A stretch of 38,968 nucleotides of DNA, taken from a virus. Taxonomy: Duplodnaviria; Caudoviricetes. The translations under genes were made by a program, and so were the position numbers. Positions within the stretch are counted from its first letter, which is position 1. Each line of letters starts with the position of its first letter. Below the pieces are notes generated by a model. That model ran no database searches. It was not told where the DNA came from and saw only the letters and a program-made list of their open reading frames with translations. Of this stretch, positions 1-8,057 are shown piece after piece. The DNA is taken from positions 1 through 38,968 of the IMG/VR virus record IMGVR_UViG_3300017589_000088; one strand, written 5' to 3'.

Positions 1-738
1 ATACCAAATGCATACGTGCAGAAACTGTTTGGATTGAAAAGTCTATCTGGTTTAGATGGTGAACTAATAGTGGGCGATCCGTGCAGTCCCACCGTATTTC
101 GCGACACGACTAGCGCAGTAATGTCTCGCAAAGGAAAGCCAGATGTGCGCTTCCATATATTTGATGATGCAGAAAATCCTTCTATCCCATTTAGTCAGCG
201 GCTAAGTCAAGTAGAGCAACGTATAAGTGGTGCCTGTGTATTAGTACCACACATATTAGTTACAACTTTAAGACAACTGGAAGCACTGGAGTGTGAATGG
301 CTTGCAGATGGCTATGAAGGCGTGATGTTACGTAAATGTGATGGCGAGTACAAATTTGGCCGTAGTACAGTTAGAGAAGAACTATTGCTTAAAGTCAAAC
401 GATTCCATGATAGTGAAGCTGAAATATTGGGCTTTGAAGAACAGATGCATAATACAAACGAAGCAACTCGTGACGGTCTTGGTATGTTGGGACGCAGTAG
501 TAATAAAGCAGGGCTACGGGGCAAAGATACGCTTGGTTCATTAAAAGTGCGGGATATCACTAGTGGAGTGGAGTTTGATATAGGCACCGGATTCGATGAT
601 GAAACACGAGAGATTATCTGGAAAAATTGTAAGCAATATATCGGTAAATTAGTGAGATATACTTTCTTCCCTACAGGCACTAAAGATAAGCCAAGATTTC
701 CAGTATTTCAAGGTTTTAGAGATGTAATTGACTCGTAA
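1..738 (+). CDS. ATP-dependent DNA ligase (minimal viral type), 5' end truncated by window edge
   Basis: Frame open from base 1; motifs LDGEL (III), FHIFD (IIIa), EGVMLR (IV), LLKVK (V), OB-domain F-x-IGTGF and PRFPVF-x-GFR (VI); the KxDG motif would lie upstream. Confidence 0.9.
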   Translation: MPNAYVQKLFGLKSLSGLDGELIVGDPCSPTVFRDTTSAVMSRKGKPDVRFHIFDDAENPSIPFSQRLSQVEQRISGACVLVPHILVTTLRQLEALECEWLADGYEGVMLRKCDGEYKFGRSTVREELLLKVKRFHDSEAEILGFEEQMHNTNEATRDGLGMLGRSSNKAGLRGKDTLGSLKVRDITSGVEFDIGTGFDDETREIIWKNCKQYIGKLVRYTFFPTGTKDKPRFPVFQGFRDVIDS

Positions 739-759
739 AAAACTGATAGAAAGGGGGTA

Positions 760-1077
760 ATGAAATTGGAAAAACAAATTAATGGGAAACGATTAGTGCC
801 TTTAAGGGAAGATGGGATGCCAGATTTAAGTAACTGGCAAGACTTTATCAAACAAGGTGCTTATAAGAACCTAGGTGATTTATTAGTGGCCCATAAAGCT
901 TATTCTTCTGAAAGCTATGAAGGCATGCTTATAAAAAAAGCTATTAGTGCTAAAAAAAATGAGATTGCTGAACGTTTTGTCAAAACTCTTTGTAAGGAAG
1001 AGATTTCGATCCAAACAGCAATCTCAATACTAGAATTAACACATCAAGAAATTATGGAATCAAAGTTTAACCCATAA
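760..1077 (+). CDS. Hypothetical protein
   Basis: 105 aa ORF with RBS AAAGGGGG. Confidence 0.7.
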   Translation: MKLEKQINGKRLVPLREDGMPDLSNWQDFIKQGAYKNLGDLLVAHKAYSSESYEGMLIKKAISAKKNEIAERFVKTLCKEEISIQTAISILELTHQEIMESKFNP

Positions 1078-1347
1078 TATAATCTTTAATTTGTTTGCTA
1101 CTTGGTTTATCTGGCTTGTGAGTAGCGTTAGGGTTCGTGTCGTTTAAGATTCGAATCTGCATTTTTTCTCCACGACTGCAGCGGGTATTGGCAAATGCGC
1201 CCGCTAGGCACACAAAAAATGTTCACCGTATGACATACATATAGGCAAATTATGACAGTCATATTTGTAAACTTCTTTTTCTCTAGAATTCTTTTCAATT
1301 TCATCTGATAGTGATGTTCCTATTAAAGGATTATTATATTCCAACAA
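1067..1347 (-). pseudogene. Small accessory gene apparently split by a frameshift at an A6/T6 run (1214-1219)
   Basis: RBS AAAGGAGGTG + TTG gives MLEYNNPLIG...GEHFLCA* (47 aa); one extra T continues into FFVCLAGAFANTRC...KDYIMG* ending at 1067. Confidence 0.45.
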
Positions 1348-1370
1348 GTACACCTCCTTTCGAGGTGACA

Positions 1371-1396
1371 ATTCGACAAAAGGTATAAATTACCTG
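1371..1396 (-). promoter_or_regulatory. SigH-like promoter
   Basis: Minus strand CAGG-N17-CGAAT, about 10 nt before the RBS. Confidence 0.55.
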
Positions 1397-1537
1397 TATT
1401 TGATTATCAAAGAACAAATTGTAAAAGTGCGACTTGTAGCGATGTACACGCGATCGGAGTGCATCAACAGAGAACAAGTAGATGGTATTAAAAAAAGAAA
1501 GTCGATTATTTAAGCAAGGGATGCTAAATAGGGTGAA

Positions 1538-1714
1538 TTACTTATCAAGTTCAATTTCTCCATATTTTTCCTCATACCTTTGTACGTAGAGCTTTAGAAT
1601 TAGTTCAGCCTCCTTGCTTAAGGAGCGTCCATGATCAATGGCGAGGCACTGTAGCTTAGCTTTAAGCGTATCATCTGCAACTCGTACTGTTATGGGTGAT
1701 GTTTTAGATGACAT
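1538..1714 (-). CDS. Arc-family ribbon-helix-helix DNA-binding protein (probable repressor)
   Basis: ITVRV beta-ribbon and A-x-x-x-GRSLSKEAELIL Arc signature; ATG at 1714 after GGAGG; divergent from the main operon. Confidence 0.85.
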   Translation of the reverse strand: MSSKTSPITVRVADDTLKAKLQCLAIDHGRSLSKEAELILKLYVQRYEEKYGEIELDK

Positions 1715-1779
1715 TTGCAGCGCCTCCTGAAAGATATTCACATTCAAGGATAACACAAGACGTCCGTATAAATGCCATA

Positions 1780-1806
1780 TGCATCAGAGTGATGCAAAAT
1801 GATGCA
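1780..1806. promoter_or_regulatory. Putative operator in the divergent intergenic region
   Basis: Palindrome TGCATCA-GAG-TGATGCA (1780-1796) plus a third TGATGCA at 1800-1806. Confidence 0.6.
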
Positions 1807-1875
1807 CAATTAGTAAATTAATCTAATGTGATACTGGACAAACGGTAACACATAAACTATATGGGAGGGGTGAGA

Positions 1876-2094
1876 ATGGCTATTAAATTTTTAGGTTATT
1901 GGGAAGATAAAACTCCAATTTCAGAGCGTATGAAATCACCAAAGGAGTATGCAATCTTTCTTGCGAAGGTCCATTCTGAGCATTCTGAATACCTGCAAGA
2001 AGAAATGCCAAAAGAACCTTTAAAAAAATTCTTTAAGTCACTCGTTGAGCCTCATGGTTATATCGTTGTAGAAGATGATCAACAAGCAGGTTAA
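1876..2094 (+). CDS. Hypothetical protein
   Basis: ATG at 1876 after GGAGGGGTG RBS. Confidence 0.7.
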   Translation: MAIKFLGYWEDKTPISERMKSPKEYAIFLAKVHSEHSEYLQEEMPKEPLKKFFKSLVEPHGYIVVEDDQQAG

Positions 2095-2130
2095 TTCCTG
2101 CTGTAAATAAAGTGGACAGGCGGTGAAGTC

Positions 2131-2247
2131 ATGGAGATAACAAATATTAGATTTATAAATAGGACAAAAAGACAAGCCGATTTTGCAAATAGTGTATTCT
2201 GGTTCCTGGTATTTGTGATAGTTCTACTTTTCGTACCAGGTGAATGA
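2131..2247 (+). CDS. 38 aa single-TM micropeptide (not in ORF track)
   Basis: MEITNIRFINRTKRQADFANSVFWFLVFVIVLLFVPGE*; RBS-like AGGCGGTGA. Confidence 0.6.
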   Translation: MEITNIRFINRTKRQADFANSVFWFLVFVIVLLFVPGE

Positions 2248-2249
2248 TG

Positions 2250-2309
2250 AAAAAAAGCCCGTCCAGTGGACAGGCAAGTGGGGATGAGGTAATTAGAAGT
2301 TGTCCTCTT
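2250..2309 (-). ncRNA. Candidate antisense sRNA 1
   Basis: Minus-strand extended -10 TGTTATACT (2316-2324) and terminator GCCTGTCCA-C-TGGACGGGC-T7 (2250-2275); -35 is poor. Confidence 0.5.
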
Positions 2310-2375
2310 AAATTAAGTATAACAGGATTATTTGTAAGAAAGTTTACCCTTATTCTTACAAAATAAAAGGGGGAA

Positions 2376-2918
2376 ATGAAAGTGATCGACGTCCCGATGG
2401 TAGATAGCATTGGGGATATGCTTCAAATAGCGATCATGTGTTGTGATAGACCACCTAAGGCCTTAGCTATAGATATTGGGTATTCAGTAGATACCATTTA
2501 TGCAGCTTGTAAGGATGCGAGATCAATACCGAGTAAAGCACGGCAAAAGCTGTCTAGTGTAAACTTTATAGCTGCTTCGGCGGTGGCGCTAGAAGCAACC
2601 GGGTTTAGAAGGCTTTTCGGGTATCAAAAAGTGGACAGGCATATACAAAGTATGATCTTGCGACTAAAAAAACAAGACAAAGAAATATCAGGGAGGTTGG
2701 AGGATCTGCCAGTTATCCTGCTAGACAAAAATGAGCGTAATGATTTATCTGAAAGTGAATTACTGGATTTAGAAGATACAGCACATCGATTAGTGGACCG
2801 TGCAAATTCTACCATTAACTTAATCATGGAACTGGAATATAAATATGGCCTAGGTGTAACAAAGTACATGAAAAATGAAAAAACGCCTGCGTTGGCGCGC
2901 AGACGTTTGATGAGTTAA
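2376..2918 (+). CDS. Putative phage transcriptional regulator (N-terminal HTH, CII-like position)
   Basis: PKALAIDIGYSVDTIYA resembles a Cro/XRE HTH; helical C-terminus; RBS AAGGGGG. Confidence 0.55.
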   Translation: MKVIDVPMVDSIGDMLQIAIMCCDRPPKALAIDIGYSVDTIYAACKDARSIPSKARQKLSSVNFIAASAVALEATGFRRLFGYQKVDRHIQSMILRLKKQDKEISGRLEDLPVILLDKNERNDLSESELLDLEDTAHRLVDRANSTINLIMELEYKYGLGVTKYMKNEKTPALARRRLMS

Positions 2919-2931
2919 GCCACTAAATTAC
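2878..2931 (-). ncRNA. Candidate antisense sRNA 2 (OOP-like)
   Basis: Minus-strand TTGACC-N18-TATAAT with TG extension (2938-2967) and terminator CGTCTGCG-loop-CGCAGGCG-T6 within the 3' end of the upstream gene. Confidence 0.6.
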
Positions 2932-2983
2932 ATCCCGATTATAACACGCCATATAATCGGCGGTCAATAGGAGGGCGTTAGTA

Positions 2984-3223
2984 ATGAGTAAAATTACGTT
3001 TAGGTGTTGGTTGAACCTGCATAAAATGCAGCTTAATAATATTGATTATCAAAAAGGATATGAGTATGCCAAACGATCAGCGTTTTTTAAATCAATGAGC
3101 ACTGTTGAATTATTTGAAATTCTAAGGTCATACATGGATGTTGGGGCTACATACAGGGATGCTTTTGCATTTGGACACGCTCAAGCCGTTCGTGAAATGA
3201 TCGGGGAGCGGTTATGTTTCTGA
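2984..3223 (+). CDS. Hypothetical protein
   Basis: 79 aa ORF, RBS AGGAGGG. Confidence 0.7.
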   Translation: MSKITFRCWLNLHKMQLNNIDYQKGYEYAKRSAFFKSMSTVELFEILRSYMDVGATYRDAFAFGHAQAVREMIGERLCF

Positions 3224-3456
3224 TCAAGCGTCTATCAAGTAAGTACTGCCCTTATTGCGGTGTTGCTGGCAAGGTAAGCTGTATGCATAACGAAACGGAT
3301 TTGACCATGAAATGTCCAGCATGTAGAGAAAGATGGTATTCAGTGTCAGGTAAGTGTCCTGATTGTGGTAAGGCGAGTGGATATATCAGTAATAGTCCAT
3401 GTATTAAATGTTATGGAGCCAGGCATAGTCAAAAACTTATGGGGCGGGTGGTATAA
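3214..3456 (+). CDS. Double zinc-ribbon protein
   Basis: Four CxxC motifs (CPYC, CPAC, CPDC, CIKC); overlaps the previous gene. Confidence 0.7.
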   Translation: MFLIKRLSSKYCPYCGVAGKVSCMHNETDLTMKCPACRERWYSVSGKCPDCGKASGYISNSPCIKCYGARHSQKLMGRVV

Positions 3457-3457
3457 G

Positions 3458-3646
3458 TTGGATAAAACGAAAATGTTAGCTGATGATAAAGGCGTTAATG
3501 GACCTGGACGTTCGTTCTTTGTTGGCCGTGTGGCTAGTATTGTTGAAGAAGCTTTGCTTATTGGTCAGGATAATGTATCCGTAGAACGGTTATTAAAGGC
3601 GTTTAATGACGCAAGAGAATATAGCAAGAGAAATGAAAAGTTATGA
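3458..3646 (+). CDS. Hypothetical protein
   Basis: Probable TTG start at 3458, just after the previous stop. Confidence 0.55.
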   Translation: MDKTKMLADDKGVNGPGRSFFVGRVASIVEEALLIGQDNVSVERLLKAFNDAREYSKRNEKL

Positions 3647-3694
3647 GGGGTGATAGAAGTTAGTTTTAAGTTATTAATACCTATGGCAATAGTG

Positions 3695-3729
3695 AAAAAA
3701 TAAAACCGCCACTGGCGCAACAGTGGCGG
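3695..3729 (-). terminator. Intrinsic terminator for the minus-strand gene 3841-4230
   Basis: CCGCCACTG-N6-CAGTGGCGG stem followed by a T-rich tract on the minus strand. Confidence 0.7.
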
Positions 3730-3778
3730 AACGTGAGCAGGTAACTTGGGGGCGACAACTAAAAAAGGGGGAGTATAA

Positions 3779-3973
3779 ATGCCATATGTTAAAAAGAGAG
3801 TGATTAACCCAGAAGAAGAAGATCGGATACTATTGAGTTATCATAAAGAAGAATCTGGGTTAAGAAAAAGACGGATTTTTTCGGATAAACCATGCAGAAA
3901 GTCGGGGTCAACAAGAGAATCATCTAATTCATCTTCTCCATACCCTTCTTCATTTATTAAATGCAGGATATAA
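3779..3973 (+). CDS. Hypothetical or remnant ORF overlapping an antisense gene
   Basis: Strong RBS AAGGGGGAG, but 133 nt overlap the minus-strand gene. Confidence 0.35.
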   Translation: MPYVKKRVINPEEEDRILLSYHKEESGLRKRRIFSDKPCRKSGSTRESSNSSSPYPSSFIKCRI

Positions 3974-4230
3974 GTTAGGGAATAGAACGCAGCAGATAAT
4001 TCATTATCGGTTAAAGGAAATTCAATATCCTTACCACTAGTATCAATATCAAAATTGAAATTTCTCAGTTTAGCAACAGCGGAGCCGATACAGGAAGCAG
4101 TCTTTCCAGGGACGCTCACATCAAACTCATAAATATCTCGGTCTAACGTGTCCATGGCGTCAAAAATAGATTTACACTCTTTATCAGAAAAATTTATAGT
4201 TACATATTTTTTGGATGATTTCTTTTTCAT
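3841..4230 (-). CDS. Acidic hypothetical protein (moron-like)
   Basis: ATG at 4230 after GAAGGGAGA; has its own promoter and terminator; opposite to the operon. Confidence 0.75.
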   Translation of the reverse strand: MKKKSSKKYVTINFSDKECKSIFDAMDTLDRDIYEFDVSVPGKTASCIGSAVAKLRNFNFDIDTSGKDIEFPLTDNELSAAFYSLTYILHLINEEGYGEDELDDSLVDPDFLHGLSEKIRLFLNPDSSL

Positions 4231-4255
4231 ATAATCATCTCCCTTCACCGTCAAC

Positions 4256-4281
4256 ATTCGACGGCAGGAAGAAAAAACCTT
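4256..4281 (-). promoter_or_regulatory. SigH-like promoter
   Basis: Minus strand AAGG-N17-CGAAT. Confidence 0.55.
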
Positions 4282-4309
4282 GTAATAAATTGTAAAGGAA
4301 GGATATAAA

Positions 4310-4510
4310 ATGGCTTGTAAAAATAGCCACCCACCAGAACGGTGCGGAGATTGCGAGCATATTGATCGTGAGACATACCGTGGGGCGGGTCAAGAAGTAT
4401 GCTATGAACTGCAATATATTGGTGATCGCAAAGTAGCCGTTCAAATATCGGAAAGACGAAAAGCCTGCAATAAGTTTCATAATGCGAAAAAAGTAGGAAG
4501 GGCGGGATAA
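4310..4510 (+). CDS. Small Cys-rich hypothetical protein
   Basis: CGDCEH...C...C pattern; RBS AAGGAAGGA. Confidence 0.7.
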   Translation: MACKNSHPPERCGDCEHIDRETYRGAGQEVCYELQYIGDRKVAVQISERRKACNKFHNAKKVGRAG

Positions 4511-4513
4511 GGC

Positions 4514-4897
4514 GTGCATCAAGAAGCGGTATTGAAGTTAAAAAATGAAATAGAGCAAAATAAAAATAATCCATATGTCCAGGTAGTCGGTAGTTTCTTA
4601 TTAGGTCACTTAGAAGGTAACTTTCAGGCTGCAGAAAAGATTATGACCACTGATAAGACTATCGCCAAGAGCCTGGACGCAATGCGGACAGAGGCTAGTA
4701 AAAAGAAAGTTGGTAACTGCGCGATGTTCACTCCAGAAGAAGGATTTGCAATTGTGCTGAAATATTTCGGTATTGACTCAGCGGTAAATATTCAGGCGAC
4801 ATCTGCAACTCTTACGGTGAAAGTACAAAGACCGGTCACAGATCAAAAACAAAAATCAAAGGTTGATTTCGACGTCAATCTTGATGATTTTATATAG
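4514..4897 (+). CDS. PcfK-like protein (family related to AcrIIA9)
   Basis: Position directly before pcfJ; AEKI...KTI..SL..M..EA.KK...F.IV.KYF pattern; acidic tail. Confidence 0.5.
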   Translation: MHQEAVLKLKNEIEQNKNNPYVQVVGSFLLGHLEGNFQAAEKIMTTDKTIAKSLDAMRTEASKKKVGNCAMFTPEEGFAIVLKYFGIDSAVNIQATSATLTVKVQRPVTDQKQKSKVDFDVNLDDFI

Positions 4898-4908
4898 GGG
4901 GGTTAGAA

Positions 4909-6819
4909 GTGCTTGTAAAAAATGAACTGAGCGGGATACCAGTACTTGTATATCCGCAGTTTATAAAAAAAGATATAAAGAATTATTCGCTTGTCGGAAC
5001 TGTACAAATTATTAATATTCCTCGTTGCGGTGACATTCTAGTAGCAGATGTATTTAATAAAAATGGTGAATTGAAGCTTCGCTTTTTCTCTGATAGTAAA
5101 AATGCTTTGATTTGCAATGAGTGGCCTACAAAAATATGGCATATGAAATTGCTTGATTCGGTTTTACAGGGTGGAGGTTATTTTAATATCGCCGGCACAG
5201 ATATGGATGAAAAAAAAGCGCGGAAATTCCTTGGCGTACATAATTACGAACTTGGATCTATACTTAATGGGTTTATCAGCAAAATTAACTCGGGAAAGGC
5301 TGAAAAAGCAATGGAACGCAAGTATGCTAAAATGAATGAACATTTTAGCCTGTATCCGGAGTATCCAGCTGATTTAGAAAGCTATTGTGAGACTCATATG
5401 TTTAATCACAGTTATATTTTTATGGATAAGCTGATCAAGGGGAAACGGCATTGTGTATGTGGCCATTGCAATCAAGAATTTGAACTAGATAAAGGGGAAA
5501 GGTCCGGAGATATGGGCACATGTCCAAAGTGTGGCATAACGGTTCGGTACCGTGGGGCATGGATAAAAAGTACCATTATCGACAAAACGAAAATCTGCAT
5601 TACGAATAAGGTTAATGGTCAACTGCTGCTGAGATGGGCGGACGTGCAGCGAGTATTTCAAAATGGAAACCAAAAATATCAATATAGCTTTGATGACTAT
5701 TATTATAACCTGTATATCCTTAGTACATTCGGATCGCCAGTGATATATGCATATTCATATCAATCAAATATGGGATATGGATGGAATTGGTACCGCAAGA
5801 AAAACGGAGAGGTTAACTACAAGAAGGTTCATGTGTATTCTAATAACCTTACAGATGTATTTGGAGAAAACTACTACCATGTTAATCTTGGAGACGGGTT
5901 ACGCGGAGCTGGTGAGCTCTCTTTGCCAGGATTACTTGATAATCTTAAAAATATACCCGTTGCTGAGTACCTTTTTAAACTTGGGCTTACTCAACTTGCA
6001 GCCAGCTATGTAGAAAATTTACGTGGTAGTAGTTTTACGGATGTTCTTGGAGTAAGTAAACAATATTTACCGTTATATAAAAAATTCAACGTTACCAGCT
6101 TTGAGCATAAAGTCGTAAAAACGTCACAAACATGGGTAGATAATGAAAGCTTTGCAAAATTAAGGGCACTACGATTTGATGGAAGGTTAGACGATATTAT
6201 TGAACTCATGGATTTGATGAGCTTTGAGCGCTTCGCAAACTATTTTACTAAACAGAAAAAAGAAACCAAGCAGAAAAATAGTTCCCGCTTACTGATATGG
6301 TACAAGGACTATATCAGTATGAGTAAGTCATTAGGTGTTGACTTGTCACGCAAATCTGTACGCTTCCCCAAAAACATTGAAACAGCTCATAACGTTATTC
6401 TGGAAAGTTTCAATAAAATAAAGCGGAAGTTAGAGGATGACAATTTCATTAAAGCTAGTAAAAATCTGTATGTAGGCATGCAGGAATATGCTAAGGGCGA
6501 TTATTGTATTGTTTTCCCAAAAACACGCAGTGAATTCATAACAGAAGGGCAATCGTTGAAGCATTGCGTAGGCGGAGACAATTATTATCAAAACCATTTA
6601 AAGGGAAAGCGCATGGTGTTCTTTGTACGCCGGATAGAAGAACCTAGCAAACCATTTTTCACGATGGAGATTGATATGCGGGAATTGAAGATATTGCAGC
6701 TGTACGGATTTGGAGATCGTTCCGCATCCGCTGAGGTTAGGCGGTTCGCCAATGACTTCCTGCGCCGTCTGTCCCCGGCAGAAAAAGACGGCTTCATAAA
6801 AAAGGAGGAATTTAGATGA
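4909..6819 (+). CDS. PcfJ domain-containing protein
   Basis: Zn ribbon (CGHC/CPKC); YKDYISM; C-terminal EGQSLKHCVGG...FFVRR..EP.KPFFTMEI...LQLYG. Confidence 0.9.
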   Translation: MLVKNELSGIPVLVYPQFIKKDIKNYSLVGTVQIINIPRCGDILVADVFNKNGELKLRFFSDSKNALICNEWPTKIWHMKLLDSVLQGGGYFNIAGTDMDEKKARKFLGVHNYELGSILNGFISKINSGKAEKAMERKYAKMNEHFSLYPEYPADLESYCETHMFNHSYIFMDKLIKGKRHCVCGHCNQEFELDKGERSGDMGTCPKCGITVRYRGAWIKSTIIDKTKICITNKVNGQLLLRWADVQRVFQNGNQKYQYSFDDYYYNLYILSTFGSPVIYAYSYQSNMGYGWNWYRKKNGEVNYKKVHVYSNNLTDVFGENYYHVNLGDGLRGAGELSLPGLLDNLKNIPVAEYLFKLGLTQLAASYVENLRGSSFTDVLGVSKQYLPLYKKFNVTSFEHKVVKTSQTWVDNESFAKLRALRFDGRLDDIIELMDLMSFERFANYFTKQKKETKQKNSSRLLIWYKDYISMSKSLGVDLSRKSVRFPKNIETAHNVILESFNKIKRKLEDDNFIKASKNLYVGMQEYAKGDYCIVFPKTRSEFITEGQSLKHCVGGDNYYQNHLKGKRMVFFVRRIEEPSKPFFTMEIDMRELKILQLYGFGDRSASAEVRRFANDFLRRLSPAEKDGFIKKEEFR

Positions 6820-7784
6820 ATGAAATTACCGCTGTCAGGACACCACAAATAGTAGCTGCTGAAATTAACAGCATTAAAGATCAAACCAGAACGATGATCC
6901 TTTGCAATTCAATTGAAATAGGTCGACGGCTGGTTGAAGCTAAATCAATGGTAGAACATGGGGAATGGGGAGACTGGCTAGAAAAATCAGTTGATTATAA
7001 AAAAAGCACTGCCAATAATTTAATGAAGATATTTGAAGAGTACGGAGCCAATCAAATTGCCCTTTTTGGTGACAATGCAAAAAGCCAAGCGCTTGGAAAT
7101 TTAAGCTACACGCAGGCTGTAGCACTGCTTGGAGTGCCAGATCGGGAAGAATTTATGAAAGAAAATGACATTGAAAATATGTCTACTCGCCAATTGCAAG
7201 AGGCTATTAAAGCACAGAAAGCAGCTGAAAAACAGGCCGAGGATATGTATAAGGTAAATCAGCAACTTGTCGATAAGCAATCAGAAAAAGATTTTAGGTT
7301 GCAAGAGGCAGAACAAAAGGCCATAGATCTACAAAAAGAATTTGAAGAAAAACGGGAACAAAGTAAATCAGAAGTCGATTTATTAACAAATATGTTAGCT
7401 GCCGCCAGTAATAAGGGAACATCCAATAAGAAAATACAGAAGATTGAAGCCGAATTGAAGGCAGCTCAGCAACAAGTCCAGGAGCTGACTAGCAAAATAA
7501 ATGAGCCAGTTACCATTGAACCAGTAATTATTGAAAAAGTTCCCGAAGAAATAGAGCAGGAACTTGATGAACTGCGAGAAAAAAATAAAGACCTCGAAGC
7601 ACAAGCCAGTCGGCAAAGTACTGAGGTATTAAAATTTGGTATTTATTTTGATTCATTAACAGCAGGTTTTAAGGGATTGCTTGGATCACTTGCTGAGATT
7701 AAAGAAATTGATATGGAAAAATATGATAAATATAAAAATGCCGTTAATGGCCTACTTGGTAAAATGTCAGAAAAACTACTATAA
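6816..7784 (+). CDS. DUF3102 domain-containing protein
   Basis: IEIGRRLVEAKSMVEHGEWGDWL...STANNLMKIFEEYG, then coiled coil; ATGA overlap. Confidence 0.85.
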   Translation: MNEITAVRTPQIVAAEINSIKDQTRTMILCNSIEIGRRLVEAKSMVEHGEWGDWLEKSVDYKKSTANNLMKIFEEYGANQIALFGDNAKSQALGNLSYTQAVALLGVPDREEFMKENDIENMSTRQLQEAIKAQKAAEKQAEDMYKVNQQLVDKQSEKDFRLQEAEQKAIDLQKEFEEKREQSKSEVDLLTNMLAAASNKGTSNKKIQKIEAELKAAQQQVQELTSKINEPVTIEPVIIEKVPEEIEQELDELREKNKDLEAQASRQSTEVLKFGIYFDSLTAGFKGLLGSLAEIKEIDMEKYDKYKNAVNGLLGKMSEKLL

Positions 7785-7804
7785 ACTCTTTAGTAAAAGA
7801 TAAA

Positions 7805-7880
7805 CTAAAAACCCTTACATGCTACTGCAAATAGCGTGTGAGGGTTTAGTAGAAGGATTGTACATACGATGTAATTCGCT
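7805..7880 (-). ncRNA. Candidate counter-transcribed RNA upstream of rep
   Basis: Minus-strand TTGATA-N17-TATAAT (7887-7915) and a long terminator hairpin (7809-7847) ending in a T tract. Confidence 0.6.
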
Positions 7881-7920
7881 TAATTAATTATATTCTATGT
7901 ACGCAAAAATATCAATAAAA

Positions 7921-7955
7921 ACACGGCTTTAGGCCGTAATAAACTTGATAAAACT
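7921..7955 (+). other. Candidate rolling-circle nick site (dso)
   Basis: AACTTGATA (7942-7950) matches the phiX174/pC194 CTTG^ATA core, preceded by hairpin ACGGC-TTTAG-GCCGT. Confidence 0.5.
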
Positions 7956-8057
7956 AATTAATCTTAGGGAAAAACTATACAAATTCTATTATCAGTATAT
8001 CCAATAAAAAATAAGATATACCAAATAGGAATATAGTTAAAATTTAGGAGAAGTTAT

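Noticed and set aside
2244-2366. 40 aa ORF MMKKSPSSGQ...
   Set aside because: Runs across the terminator/promoter cassette; probably incidental, though a leader-peptide role is not excluded
2109-2640. CRISPR mini-array
   Set aside because: Repeats only 11-13 nt and irregularly spaced; no cas genes
4235-4574. Minus-strand ORFs 4235-4522 and 4251-4574, and similar antisense/nested ORFs throughout
   Set aside because: Overlap better-supported coupled plus-strand genes and show no recognisable motifs
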